Source: Bacteroidota bacterium (lineage in GTDB: Bacteria; Bacteroidota; Bacteroidia; Sphingobacteriales; Sphingobacteriaceae). From it: DNA of 64,000 bases. Under the pieces are notes generated by a model that did not search any database, was not told where the DNA came from, and was given only the letters and a program-made list of their open reading frames with translations. The translations under genes were made by a program, and so were the position numbers. The DNA lies in NCBI GenBank assembly GCA_048498695.1, contig JBEHXM010000001.1, forward strand, positions 19,940 to 83,939, read 5' to 3'. Below are positions 1 to 8,852 of this stretch, in pieces (the stretch's first letter is position 1; every line of letters starts with the position of its first letter).

Positions 1-2321
1 CTTACCGTAAGCAGGGTGATCAGCATTGCTCCCGTACATGCTGCGAGGAATATCCATAGCGAAATATCAGTGTGATACTTATAGTTCTTTAACCATCCCG
101 ACAGAAAATACCATGAAACTGGTGTAGCAATTATACAGGATATCACCACCAGTTTCACAAAATCTTTTGACAGCATACCCCACAGGTTGAATACCGAAGC
201 GCCAAGCACCTTTCTTACACCTATTTCCTTGGTCCGCTGTTCGGCCACAAATGAGGCCAGTCCGAATAAACCCAGCGACGAAATGAATATGGCGATAAAA
301 GCCAGTATCGATGCCAATTTGCCTATGCGTTCCTCATCCGAGAATTTTTTGGCATACTCATCATCGGTAAACTGGTAATCGAACGGACTGCCAGGGTTAA
401 ATTTTTTGAAGACTCCGGCTATTTTAGCTAATGCCGGTGTTAACTGTGCGCCTGGTTTTATTTTAATCGTAATCAGGTTTGCCCAGTTATAGTCCATCAT
501 AAAAATGGTTGGCTGAACCGGCATATAGGGCGACTGCATCACCATATTATCGATCACACCAACAACGGTAAAAGTTCTTTTATTAAAGCGAATGATCTTC
601 CCGATCGGGTCTTTAAACCCAATCAGTTGCACCGCACTTTGGTTCAATATCATGCCGCTGCTATCAGATTTGAAACTTTTTGAAAAATCGCGTCCCTGGC
701 GAATATGCCAGCCTATGGTTTTGCCGAAGTCGTGCGTAACCGCAATGGTACCGAAAAGAGGGTTAGTTGAGGGGTCTTTACCATCCCAATCATATCCGAT
801 GCTATTGCTGAAAACACCCGTGGTCGGGCTGGACGACTGGGCCATATTTTCAACTACACCGGTGTTCAGCAGATCATTGCGGATGGCGTCATAATGGCCA
901 TATAGGTCTGGTGTGCTCATCGGCACAGTGATCAATCCCTGCCGGGTATAGCCAACCGGCCGGTTTTTGGCATATTGTATCTGCTTGAATACGATGATGG
1001 TACCAATAATAATGGTTATCGATATAGCAAACTGCAGCACTACGAGTATTTCCCGGGGCAGTGAAGCCAATCGGCCGGCCTTAAAGGTGCCTTTAAGTAC
1101 TTTAACCGGGTTGAACCCTGACAGGTAAAATGCAGGGTAGCTGCCCGAGACAAAACCTGTAAACAGGGTAAACACGATAACAAGAATCCAGAACACGGGG
1201 TTACCCCATGGAATGGACATCGATTTATCGGCTATGTTATTGAAGAATGGCAGCGATAATAGCACGATCAATATGGCAAGCACTAATGCAAGTGCGGCCA
1301 TCAATATCGACTCGCTCAGGAACTGCGCGATCAGTTGTTTCCTCATCGAGCCTATCGCCTTGCGGATGCCCACCTCTTTTGCGCGTTTCTCGGACCGTGC
1401 AGTACTCAGGTTCATGAAATTGATACAGGCCAGCAGCAATACAAACACTCCGATAATACCGAAAAGCCACACATACTGAATACGCCCGCCCTTGATCTTC
1501 CCGTTCTCAAAATCACTATACAGCCGCCACTTGTCCATAGGGTGCAGCAGCAGGTGTTCGTTTCCCTCTTCCTTCTTTACATATTTTTGGGTGATCAGTT
1601 CGATTTTGGCGGAGGTTTTGGCCATATCCACATTATCGTTCATCTGCACAAATATCTGGAAGCTGTGATTGTCCCACTGCGTTGAGGCCCTTTTGAACCA
1701 GTCTTCAGTGGTCATATATTTATCCCACGACATCAGGACATAAGTATCATTAAAGCTCGAATTCCTGGCTATATCATCAAATACACCGGCTACCTTAAGC
1801 GCATATTTATTGTTGACACGGACAGTTTTGCCGATAGGATTAACATCACCGAAAAGAGCCTTTGCGGCATTTTGACTCAGCATCATCGACGAAGGATCAC
1901 TAAGTGCATTAATATTTCCGTCGACCATATGAAGGCCCAGCATCTTTGGAAAGTCGGGCTGTACCCACATACCCGTCTTGATCAGTTTCTTTTCGCCTGA
2001 GCCAAGGATGAATCCGAAGTTCCAGGAGGTAAGCGTTACATATTTAAAATCCGAGGTGTATTTATTGTGCAGCTCGGCGCCAAGCGGGATAGCCATTGCT
2101 TGCCCGGTGCCGGTCTCGTTGTTAAAGGTTTGGGTGATCATCACCTGCGCTATCTTATCGTGATTGGCATGGGAATAATTAAACGTAAGTTCGTCATACA
2201 TCCAGAAACCGATAAGCATGGCTACCGCCATACCCAATGCCAGCCCTAATACATTAATAGACGAATAAACCTTGCTCTTGAGCAGATTACGCCAGGCGAT
2301 CTTGAAGTAATTTTTAAGCAT
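1..2321 (-). CDS. ABC transporter permease (FtsX/MacB-like), 3' end runs off the window
   Basis: ATG at 2321 gives MLKNYFKIAWRNLLKSKVYSSINVLGLALGMAVAMLIGFW, typical of Bacteroidetes FtsX-type permeases; the frame at the left edge reads AMLITLLTV. Translated by hand at both ends only; not in the ORF track. Confidence 0.85.
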   Translation of the reverse strand, partial: MLKNYFKIAWRNLLKSKVYSSINVLGLALGMAVAMLIGFWMYDELTFNYSHANHDKIAQVMITQTFNNETGTGQAMAIPLGAELHNKYTSDFKYVTLTSWNFGFILGSGEKKLIKTGMWVQPDFPKMLGLHMVDGNINALSDPSSMMLSQNAAKALFGDVNPIGKTVRVNNKYALKVAGVFDDIARNSSFNDTYVLMSWDKYMTTEDWFKRASTQWDNHSFQIFVQMNDNVDMAKTSAKIELITQKYVKKEEGNEHLLLHPMDKWRLYSDFENGKIKGGRIQYVWLFGIIGVFVLLLACINFMNLSTARSEKRAKEVGIRKAIGSMRKQLIAQFLSESILMAALALVLAILIVLLSLPFFNNIADKSMSIPWGNPVFWILVIVFTLFTGFVSGSYPAFYLSGFNPVKVLKGTFKAGRLASLPREILVVLQFAISITIIIGTIIVFKQIQYAKNRPVGYTRQGLITVPMSTPDLYGHYDAIRNDLLNTGVVENMAQSSSPTTGVFSNSIGYDWDGKDPSTNPLFGTIAVTHDFGKTIGWHIRQGRDFSKSFKSDSSGMILNQSAVQLIGFKDPIGKIIRFNKRTFTVVGVIDNMVMQSPYMPVQPTIFMMDYNWANLITIKIKPGAQLTPALAKIAGVFKKFNPGSPFDYQFTDDEYAKKFSDEERIGKLASILAFIAIFISSLGLFGLASFVAEQRTKEIGVRKVLGASVFNLWGMLSKDFVKLVVISCIIATPVSWYFLSGWLKNYKYHTDISLWIFLAACTGAMLITLLTV

Positions 2322-2351
2322 GTCCCCGAAGATTTTGGTGTTTATTCTTAA

Positions 2352-2379
2352 TAGACGCCCGGGGACCCAAAGACGTTGC
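2352..2379 (-). promoter_or_regulatory. Candidate ECF-sigma promoter (GCAAC-N17-CGTCTA)
   Basis: Minus strand reads GCAACgtctttgggtccccgggCGTCTA, ending 30 nt upstream of the permease ATG; resembles ECF -35 AAC / -10 CGT. Confidence 0.4.
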
Positions 2380-2559
2380 ACCAAACTAATAATAAGTATT
2401 ATACTATATGGTAAGTTTAAGATCAGATCCGGAGTTTATATCCTTTAAAGCAGGATTGATTACCTGATCAAAAAATATTTCCACCCGGCATAGGGGTAAG
2501 GGCTGATGCAGTTGTATTAGGTGTATAAAAACAAATTTTAACACTTAACACAACCCAAC

Positions 2560-3240
2560 ATGATAACTGCATTACTCATATGGCTGTTCAAGAAATACGG
2601 CAGGCCATTTATACAAAACAATAACCTCAGTATTTTAACGGTAATCCCTTATATTAAGTGTACGGTAATAGTGCTTGTACTGCTGCTAACCGGTTTTAAG
2701 GTTACGGCACAGGATCAAACCCTTAATTATAAGGTGATACATAATGGTAGTACCGTAGGCCATATGCAATTGCAGCAGCGTAAAAATGGCGACGATACCT
2801 TTCTGAAAATTGCATCGGAAGTAAAAATGCGTTTCATTTTTGGCATCCAGGTAAATGTGGAAGAAGAATCACATTACCGCGATGGTAAGCTGATCTGTTC
2901 GCATGTACACCGCGTAGTAAATGGCAAAGAAAAAGCCAACAAATACACTAAAGCTTCCGGCGATACCTATCAACTGATAGATGATAATAAAACCGGCTCG
3001 TTTAATCAAAAACAGATCGGATATAACCTGAGCATGATGTACCTGAAAGAACCTGTCGGCATATCGCAGATCTACTCCGATAACTTTCAGCAATACGTTC
3101 AAATAAAACAAGTAGGTGGCCATATCTACCGGATCGATTTGCCGGATGGCAATTACAACTTTTATACCTATGACAATGGTATTTGCAACAAGGTAGAGAT
3201 ACACCATTCATTTTATAAAATACAAATTCAGTTAGCTTAA
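2560..3240 (+). CDS. Secreted hypothetical protein (DUF6134-like)
   Basis: 226-aa ORF with a hydrophobic N-terminal segment ending VTAQ and a beta-strand-rich body; family assignment from memory. Confidence 0.7.
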   Translation: MITALLIWLFKKYGRPFIQNNNLSILTVIPYIKCTVIVLVLLLTGFKVTAQDQTLNYKVIHNGSTVGHMQLQQRKNGDDTFLKIASEVKMRFIFGIQVNVEEESHYRDGKLICSHVHRVVNGKEKANKYTKASGDTYQLIDDNKTGSFNQKQIGYNLSMMYLKEPVGISQIYSDNFQQYVQIKQVGGHIYRIDLPDGNYNFYTYDNGICNKVEIHHSFYKIQIQLA

Positions 3241-3252
3241 AATCCGATCATT

Positions 3253-4242
3253 ATGAAAATATTAGTTACCGGGGCAACCGGGTTTATTGGCCGGAGTTTA
3301 AGTGAGCAACTGGCACAAAACGGGCACGAGGTAATTGCCTTATGCCGCAATACCGATCATCCTTACCTCATCCGCCATCGGAACATTATTCCGGTTAAAG
3401 GGGATATTCTGGATACTGAGAGTTTAAAAGAGGCTATACAAGATTGCAGGCAGGTATACCACACCGCTGCCCTGGCCAAAATGTGGTGCCGCAACAAGGA
3501 CGATTATTACCAGATCAATGTAAATGGAACACGCAATGTTTTGAAAGCTGCCGCCGGAGCTGGGGTTGAAAAAGTGGTTTATACATCAACCTGCGGCGTT
3601 TGGGGGCCTACCATCAAACATCCTATGAACGAAGATGACCCGCGTGTCGATGGCTTTGCTATAGATTATGAGCGTACCAAATACCTGGCCGAAATTGAGG
3701 CCCGGAAGTTTGCTGAGCAGGGTTTGAAAATCGTTACCGTAAATCCATCAAGGGTTTATGGCAAAGGTCCGGTAACCGAAAGTAACAGCGTAGGCAAAAT
3801 GGTAAGCAGCTACCTGAAAGGCAAATGGCGCATTATCCCCGGCAGAGGCGAACAAGTTTCCAACTATGCTTACCTGGATGATGTGGTAAAGGGGCACATA
3901 CTGGCGATGGAGTGGGGCATACCCGGCGAGCGGTACATCCTTGGCGGCGAAGATATCAGTTTTAATACTTTTTTCGACACGCTGCAGCAGGTATCCGGTA
4001 AGGCATATAACATGCTTAAATTACCGCTCAGGGTAATTAATGCTTACAGTCATTTTGAGCAGATCAAAACCACACTTACAGGTATGCCCCCGATATTTTT
4101 ACCTGAATTTGCCGCTCGGCTGAAGAAGAACCAGAAATATAGTAGCCAGAAAGCCATCAGCCAATTGAATTACCAGATAACACCTTTTGAGGAAGGGATG
4201 AAACGCACTATAAATTACATCAACGGATCATGTCTCAATTAA
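3253..4242 (+). CDS. NAD-dependent epimerase/dehydratase (extended SDR; HpnA/DFR/3-beta-HSD-like)
   Basis: TGATGFIG Rossmann motif and YERTK (YxxxK) catalytic motif. Confidence 0.9.
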   Translation: MKILVTGATGFIGRSLSEQLAQNGHEVIALCRNTDHPYLIRHRNIIPVKGDILDTESLKEAIQDCRQVYHTAALAKMWCRNKDDYYQINVNGTRNVLKAAAGAGVEKVVYTSTCGVWGPTIKHPMNEDDPRVDGFAIDYERTKYLAEIEARKFAEQGLKIVTVNPSRVYGKGPVTESNSVGKMVSSYLKGKWRIIPGRGEQVSNYAYLDDVVKGHILAMEWGIPGERYILGGEDISFNTFFDTLQQVSGKAYNMLKLPLRVINAYSHFEQIKTTLTGMPPIFLPEFAARLKKNQKYSSQKAISQLNYQITPFEEGMKRTINYINGSCLN

Positions 4243-5021
4243 CCGCCATAGTAACAGGCGCCAGCGAAGGTTTGGGCAAATCCTTCGCCTTTGAGCTGGC
4301 ATCAAGGGATATTAACCTGGTATTGGTGGCTTTACCGGGTACCGGTTTACAGCAGCTGGAAGCCTATATTCAGAAGAACTTTGAAGTAAAGGTGATGATC
4401 TTTGAAACTGACCTCACCCGCGCTGATAATTGTACCTCGCTGTTCCAGTATTTAACTTCGATAGGGGTCAGAGCGGATATACTGATCAATAATGCAGGAA
4501 TAGGTAACTGGTCGTGGTTTGAAGATAAGAGTCTGGAGTTTTACCAGAAACAGATAGAACTGAATGTGATAGCACCAGTATTGCTAACTCACTTGTTTTT
4601 GAAACAGGCTGATGAAAAAAGCACCGCTTATGTATTGAATGTAGGCAGCCTTGCCAGTCATTTTGTGGTGCCGCAAAAGCAGGTGTATGGGGCTACCAAG
4701 GCGTTCATCAGCTATTTTACACGATGTCTGCAGCTGGAGATGCAAAGCGCAAATGTATGTATCACCCTGCTGAGCCCCGGCGGCATTAATACCAAACCGG
4801 AATTGCTGGTAATGAACCATACTTTAAAAGGCATTGCAAAAACCACTATCACAGAACCTGACCGTGTGGCTTATGAGGCCATACATGGTATGTTTTTGAA
4901 TAAGCGGGAAATTATTCCCGGTGCTATTAACAGGTTTATGATAGGGCTGAATACCCTACTGCCGGCTTTTATCCGGGAGATGATCATGAAGCGTAATCTA
5001 AAGCCGGTTTTGAAGGCATAA
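4230..5021 (+). CDS. Classical SDR oxidoreductase
   Basis: TGASEGLG, NNAG and YGATK motifs; overlaps the upstream gene. Confidence 0.9.
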   Translation: MSQLTAIVTGASEGLGKSFAFELASRDINLVLVALPGTGLQQLEAYIQKNFEVKVMIFETDLTRADNCTSLFQYLTSIGVRADILINNAGIGNWSWFEDKSLEFYQKQIELNVIAPVLLTHLFLKQADEKSTAYVLNVGSLASHFVVPQKQVYGATKAFISYFTRCLQLEMQSANVCITLLSPGGINTKPELLVMNHTLKGIAKTTITEPDRVAYEAIHGMFLNKREIIPGAINRFMIGLNTLLPAFIREMIMKRNLKPVLKA

Positions 5022-5028
5022 TAAAAAA

Positions 5029-5652
5029 GTGGTGAAAGCGCTTATCTTTGAGAGCATCTATAAGCCTCTTAAAGTGGAATACAGCGAAAGCACCGTAATT
5101 AATTTACTGAGAGAAGGGAACGGGCAGGCGTTTGAAAAAGTGTTCAGGCTGTATTTTAAAAGCCTGCATTCCTATGCTTATACGTTTATGAAAGATGACG
5201 AGCTTGCCGAAGAAATAGTGCAAAATATATTTTGCCGCATTTGGGAAAAACGAAGTCAGCTGAAAATAGATGGCTCAATAAAGGCTTATTTATACCGATC
5301 GGTACATAATGAAAGTTTGAATTACCTGAAGCAGCAAAAGAACAGGGCTAATTTACAAGTGCATTATAGCGGGAAAGATGAGGGGCTATCAGCCCAGGCA
5401 TCAGAGAAAATGATGGTAACTGAGTTGGAAACGCATATTCAGCAGGCTTTAAAAGAACTGCCGGAGCAATGCCGGACTATTTTTCAGATGAGCCGCTTTG
5501 AACAATTGAAATATCAGCAAATTGCTGATCAGCTTAACCTGTCTGTCAAAACTATTGAAAACCAGATGGGCAAAGCGTTGAAAATATTGAGAGTAAAACT
5601 GGCGGAATTTTTAACGCTTATTTTATATATATTAACTGTATTGCATAAATGA
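5029..5652 (+). CDS. ECF RNA polymerase sigma-70 factor (Bacteroidetes FecI-like); start may be GTG 5074
   Basis: Region 2 AEEIVQNIFCRIW and region 4 YQQIADQLNLSVKTIENQMGKALK. Confidence 0.92.
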   Translation: MVKALIFESIYKPLKVEYSESTVINLLREGNGQAFEKVFRLYFKSLHSYAYTFMKDDELAEEIVQNIFCRIWEKRSQLKIDGSIKAYLYRSVHNESLNYLKQQKNRANLQVHYSGKDEGLSAQASEKMMVTELETHIQQALKELPEQCRTIFQMSRFEQLKYQQIADQLNLSVKTIENQMGKALKILRVKLAEFLTLILYILTVLHK

Positions 5653-6626
5653 TGCCTTTGGACGATCATACAATGGATGATTTGCTGGTGAAATACCTGG
5701 CCGGCGAAGCTACGCCCGAAGAAAGGCTGCAGGCTGAGCAATGGATCAGCGTTAATGAAGCCAACCGAAAGTATTATGATGATTTCAAGCGGATATGGCA
5801 GGAGAGTGAAGGCATTGCCGGGGAAAGCCAGGTAAATGAAGATGCGGCATGGATGCGGCTGCAACACCGGATCAATAAAAAAGATATAGAGCCCCCTGTC
5901 CGCAGGGAACCCCGGCCAACAAACCAATGGTTAAGAATAGCGGCTTCTATTTTGTTAGTTGGCATAGTAGGTTATTGGGTATACAACCGGTACTATGATG
6001 CCCATATTATCAACAAAACAAGCGGCGGCAGGGTATTAACTCAAAATTTGTCGGATGGCTCAACAATCACACTTAACAGTAATTCGCAATTAAGCTACCC
6101 TGCTCACTTTACAGGCGATAACCGCCCGGTAAAATTAGTTGGCGAGGCGTTTTTTAAAATCGCGCCCGATAAAACCAAACCATTTATTATTTCGGTTAAA
6201 GGTGCAACGATTACGGTAGTTGGGACGTCTTTTGATGTAAAAAACAGGAAGGGAGAAACCGAGGTGATCGTAGCGACGGGTATTGTAAAAGTAAAAGCTC
6301 ACGGCAAAGAGGTACACTTATATCCCGGCGAAAAAGTGATGGTAACTGAAACCGGTACCGAACTGGTAAAACAGCAAAATAAAGGCAGCTTATATAATTA
6401 TTATATCACAGGGGAACTTGTTTGCGATCAGACGCCATTGTATCAACTGGTTGATAAACTGAACGAGATATACAAAGCGGATATCGTAATTGAAAACAAT
6501 AAACTACGCAACCTGCCAATTACCACCACTTTTAAAGATCAGTCGCTGGATGAGATATTAAAGGTGATCACCGAAACTTTTAATATCCGCGTAGAGCGTC
6601 AGGGCAGCCGCTTCCTGCTAAAATAA
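5649..6626 (+). CDS. FecR-family anti-sigma factor
   Basis: N-terminal LLVKYLAGEAT, one TM helix, LSDGSTITLN, GEAFF and VVGTSFDV FecR motifs. Confidence 0.92.
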   Translation: MMPLDDHTMDDLLVKYLAGEATPEERLQAEQWISVNEANRKYYDDFKRIWQESEGIAGESQVNEDAAWMRLQHRINKKDIEPPVRREPRPTNQWLRIAASILLVGIVGYWVYNRYYDAHIINKTSGGRVLTQNLSDGSTITLNSNSQLSYPAHFTGDNRPVKLVGEAFFKIAPDKTKPFIISVKGATITVVGTSFDVKNRKGETEVIVATGIVKVKAHGKEVHLYPGEKVMVTETGTELVKQQNKGSLYNYYITGELVCDQTPLYQLVDKLNEIYKADIVIENNKLRNLPITTTFKDQSLDEILKVITETFNIRVERQGSRFLLK

Positions 6627-6627
6627 A

Positions 6628-8316
6628 TTGATGATGCTAAACCTTATCAAATTTGCAAAACGGGTATCCATTGTTTTGTTCTGTTTTGCAGGTACACAGG
6701 GCTATGCACAGTCTGTTTTGCAGCGTAACATCACCATGAATGTAGATCATCAACGGCTTGATACGGTATTAAGGCTGATGGAGCAACGTGGTAAATTTCG
6801 TTTTTCGTATAACAGTAATCTCATCAATAAAGACAGCCTGGTTACGATGAGGGCTGCAAACGAAACGGTAAAAGATGCCCTTGACCAACTGCTTAATTAC
6901 TGTTTTGAATACCGGGAATCACAAAATTTTATCATACTCCGCTACGCGCCTAACCGGCTTTCGCTGCAAATGGATAAGGTGATGGGTGATGATCGCAATT
7001 ACCATATCAGTGGTTTTGTGGTGAATGAGCAAACCGGGCAAAAATTAATGAATGCCAGCGTATACGAAAGGCAAACGCTGGAATCCACCATTACCAATCA
7101 GGATGGCCATTTCGACCTGGATATAAAAAAGGATAATCATGCCATCATCCTTACGGCCAGCAAAGAGAACTATAAGGATACCACTGTAAATCTGTTAGGC
7201 GAGGTAATAGTTAATGGAAATAATAGTACCAATACCTCATTTAGTTATTTAACGGATGACATGTCAGACTTCGGAAAGTCGGGATTAGTGAAATTATTTA
7301 CCTCGTCTAAGCAAAAAATACAATCGCTTAATTTAGGGGGACTGATTACTGAACAGCCTTTCCAGGCTTCGTTGGTGCCCGGGCTGGGTTCGCATGGATC
7401 GTTAAGCGGGCAGGTAGTTAATAAGGCTTCGTTGAATCTTTTGGGCGGCTATAATGCGGGCAGCAATGGTGTGGAACTGGCCGGCTTGTTTAACCTGGAT
7501 AGAGGCAATGTGAGTTTTTTCCAGTTGGCGGGGGCCTTTAATTTAATTGGCGGCTCGGTAAATGGCTTTCAGATCGCCGGTGGTTTTAATGAAGTGGGCG
7601 GAAATATGAAAGGTGTGCAGATGGCTATAGGGCTGAATCACACCAAAGGACTAAATGGACTCCAGACGTCATTTTTAAATGTATCAGAAGGGAACTCAAG
7701 AGGCATACAGTTGGGGCTTTCAAACATCGTAACCAAACAATTCAGCGGCATACAATTAGGTGGGCTTTTTAACTATGCCCAGGACCTTAAAGGTTTTCAA
7801 ATTGGATTGATCAATGCTTCTGACAGATCTTCGGGGATCAGTATAGGCCTTTTAAATTTTGTTCAGAACGGCTATCAAAAATTGGTTGCTAATACTAACG
7901 AGACCATTAATACTAATCTGCTTTATAAAAACGGAACTCCTTTGCTTTATAACATTGTAGTAACAGGCGCTAATGCTTGGAATAAAAAGAAGCTATTTGC
8001 CGCTGGTTTAGGCTTTGGTAATGAACTGAGTATTTTTAACAGTTTAGCCGTAAATACCGAGCTGACCTCGCGGTATGTTTACCTGGGTAATTCAGATTAC
8101 CTGAACCTGCTCAACCGCCTGGATATTGGTTTGAATATAAAGGTTGCCAGATCATTCAGTATTATGGCCGGGCCATCATTGAATTATTATTATTCCGACC
8201 AAAAAAATGCCGTTGAAGGATATGATTTCATAAATGATCCCTCGCATCACCAGTTAAGCACTAATAAAAACTTCACCCGCTGGTTAGGCTGGACGGTGGG
8301 CATCACAATTTTCTAA
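6628..8316 (+). CDS. STN + carboxypeptidase-regulatory-like domain protein with G-x-Q/E repeat region (no TonB barrel recognisable); start probably 6631
   Basis: Signal peptide; STN-like RFSYNSNLI; SGFVVNEQTGQKLMNASVY; repeats GVELAGLFN, GFQIAGGFN, GIQLGGLFN; C-terminal aromatic residue (ITIF). Confidence 0.75.
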   Translation: MMMLNLIKFAKRVSIVLFCFAGTQGYAQSVLQRNITMNVDHQRLDTVLRLMEQRGKFRFSYNSNLINKDSLVTMRAANETVKDALDQLLNYCFEYRESQNFIILRYAPNRLSLQMDKVMGDDRNYHISGFVVNEQTGQKLMNASVYERQTLESTITNQDGHFDLDIKKDNHAIILTASKENYKDTTVNLLGEVIVNGNNSTNTSFSYLTDDMSDFGKSGLVKLFTSSKQKIQSLNLGGLITEQPFQASLVPGLGSHGSLSGQVVNKASLNLLGGYNAGSNGVELAGLFNLDRGNVSFFQLAGAFNLIGGSVNGFQIAGGFNEVGGNMKGVQMAIGLNHTKGLNGLQTSFLNVSEGNSRGIQLGLSNIVTKQFSGIQLGGLFNYAQDLKGFQIGLINASDRSSGISIGLLNFVQNGYQKLVANTNETINTNLLYKNGTPLLYNIVVTGANAWNKKKLFAAGLGFGNELSIFNSLAVNTELTSRYVYLGNSDYLNLLNRLDIGLNIKVARSFSIMAGPSLNYYYSDQKNAVEGYDFINDPSHHQLSTNKNFTRWLGWTVGITIF

Positions 8317-8362
8317 ATGCCATCAGCAAATCCGGACTGTTATGTTGCTTTTATCGCCATTC

Positions 8363-8379
8363 TGTGGAATAAGTCTACA
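8363..8379. promoter_or_regulatory. Candidate upstream activator (enhancer) site TGTGGA-N5-TCTACA
   Basis: Imperfect palindrome about 65 nt upstream of the sigma54-like element. Confidence 0.35.
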
Positions 8380-8443
8380 ATAATCAAAACCATATTTTAT
8401 TGTAAATAGCTGATAACGTGTGCTGTTGTTTTCTTTGGGTGCT

Positions 8444-8459
8444 TTGGCACAATTATGTA
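8444..8459 (+). promoter_or_regulatory. Sigma54 (RpoN) -24/-12-like promoter
   Basis: TTGGCACAATTATGTA versus consensus TGGCACNNNNTTGCW; -24 element intact, -12 GC reads GT; next to a sigma54 activator gene. Confidence 0.55.
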
Positions 8460-8494
8460 CTACTGTATTGTAATTAAATTTAAAATTAAAAACT

Positions 8495-8647
8495 ATGAAA
8501 AAATTATTTGCAGCGCTGATGTTATCAGCATTCACCTTAGGAACATTTGTAGCTACAGCTAGCCCGGTTATGCAACAGGATACAACAAAAAAGAAAACCG
8601 ACACTAAAAAAGACACCACAACAAAAAAACCACCTGTTAAGAAATAA
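8495..8647 (+). CDS. Small secreted Lys/Thr-rich protein (50 aa), below the ORF-track cutoff
   Basis: Hand translation MKKLFAALMLSAFTLGTFVATASPVMQQDTTKKKTDTKKDTTTKKPPVKK; Sec-type signal peptide, A-rich leader, terminator downstream. Confidence 0.8.
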   Translation: MKKLFAALMLSAFTLGTFVATASPVMQQDTTKKKTDTKKDTTTKKPPVKK

Positions 8648-8689
8648 TTAACCGGTAAAGCTGTTACTCACAACAAGCAATAGCTATAT

Positions 8690-8749
8690 ATTCTGCTGGA
8701 GTACGACCAATGTTTAACGTCGGTCATATTTCAGCAGAATCTTTTTTTT
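8690..8749 (+). terminator. Intrinsic terminator after the small ORF
   Basis: ATTCTGCTG...CAGCAGAAT stem followed by a T-run. Confidence 0.65.
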
Positions 8750-8852
8750 ATAAGCTTTCTAAGCTACATTTCCTTCCCCGAGGCTCGTGAAAGCCTCAAT
8801 ATTTCATTTATAAGCCTGTTTCTCGTAGTTTTGCCCCGGTAAAGCTAAGCTC

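Noticed and set aside
187-2249. Several short plus-strand ORFs
   Set aside because: Antisense to the long ABC permease frame; no recognisable motifs.
8323-8619. 98-aa minus-strand ORF in the track
   Set aside because: Antisense shadow of the 50-aa secreted ORF, which has the promoter, signal peptide and terminator.
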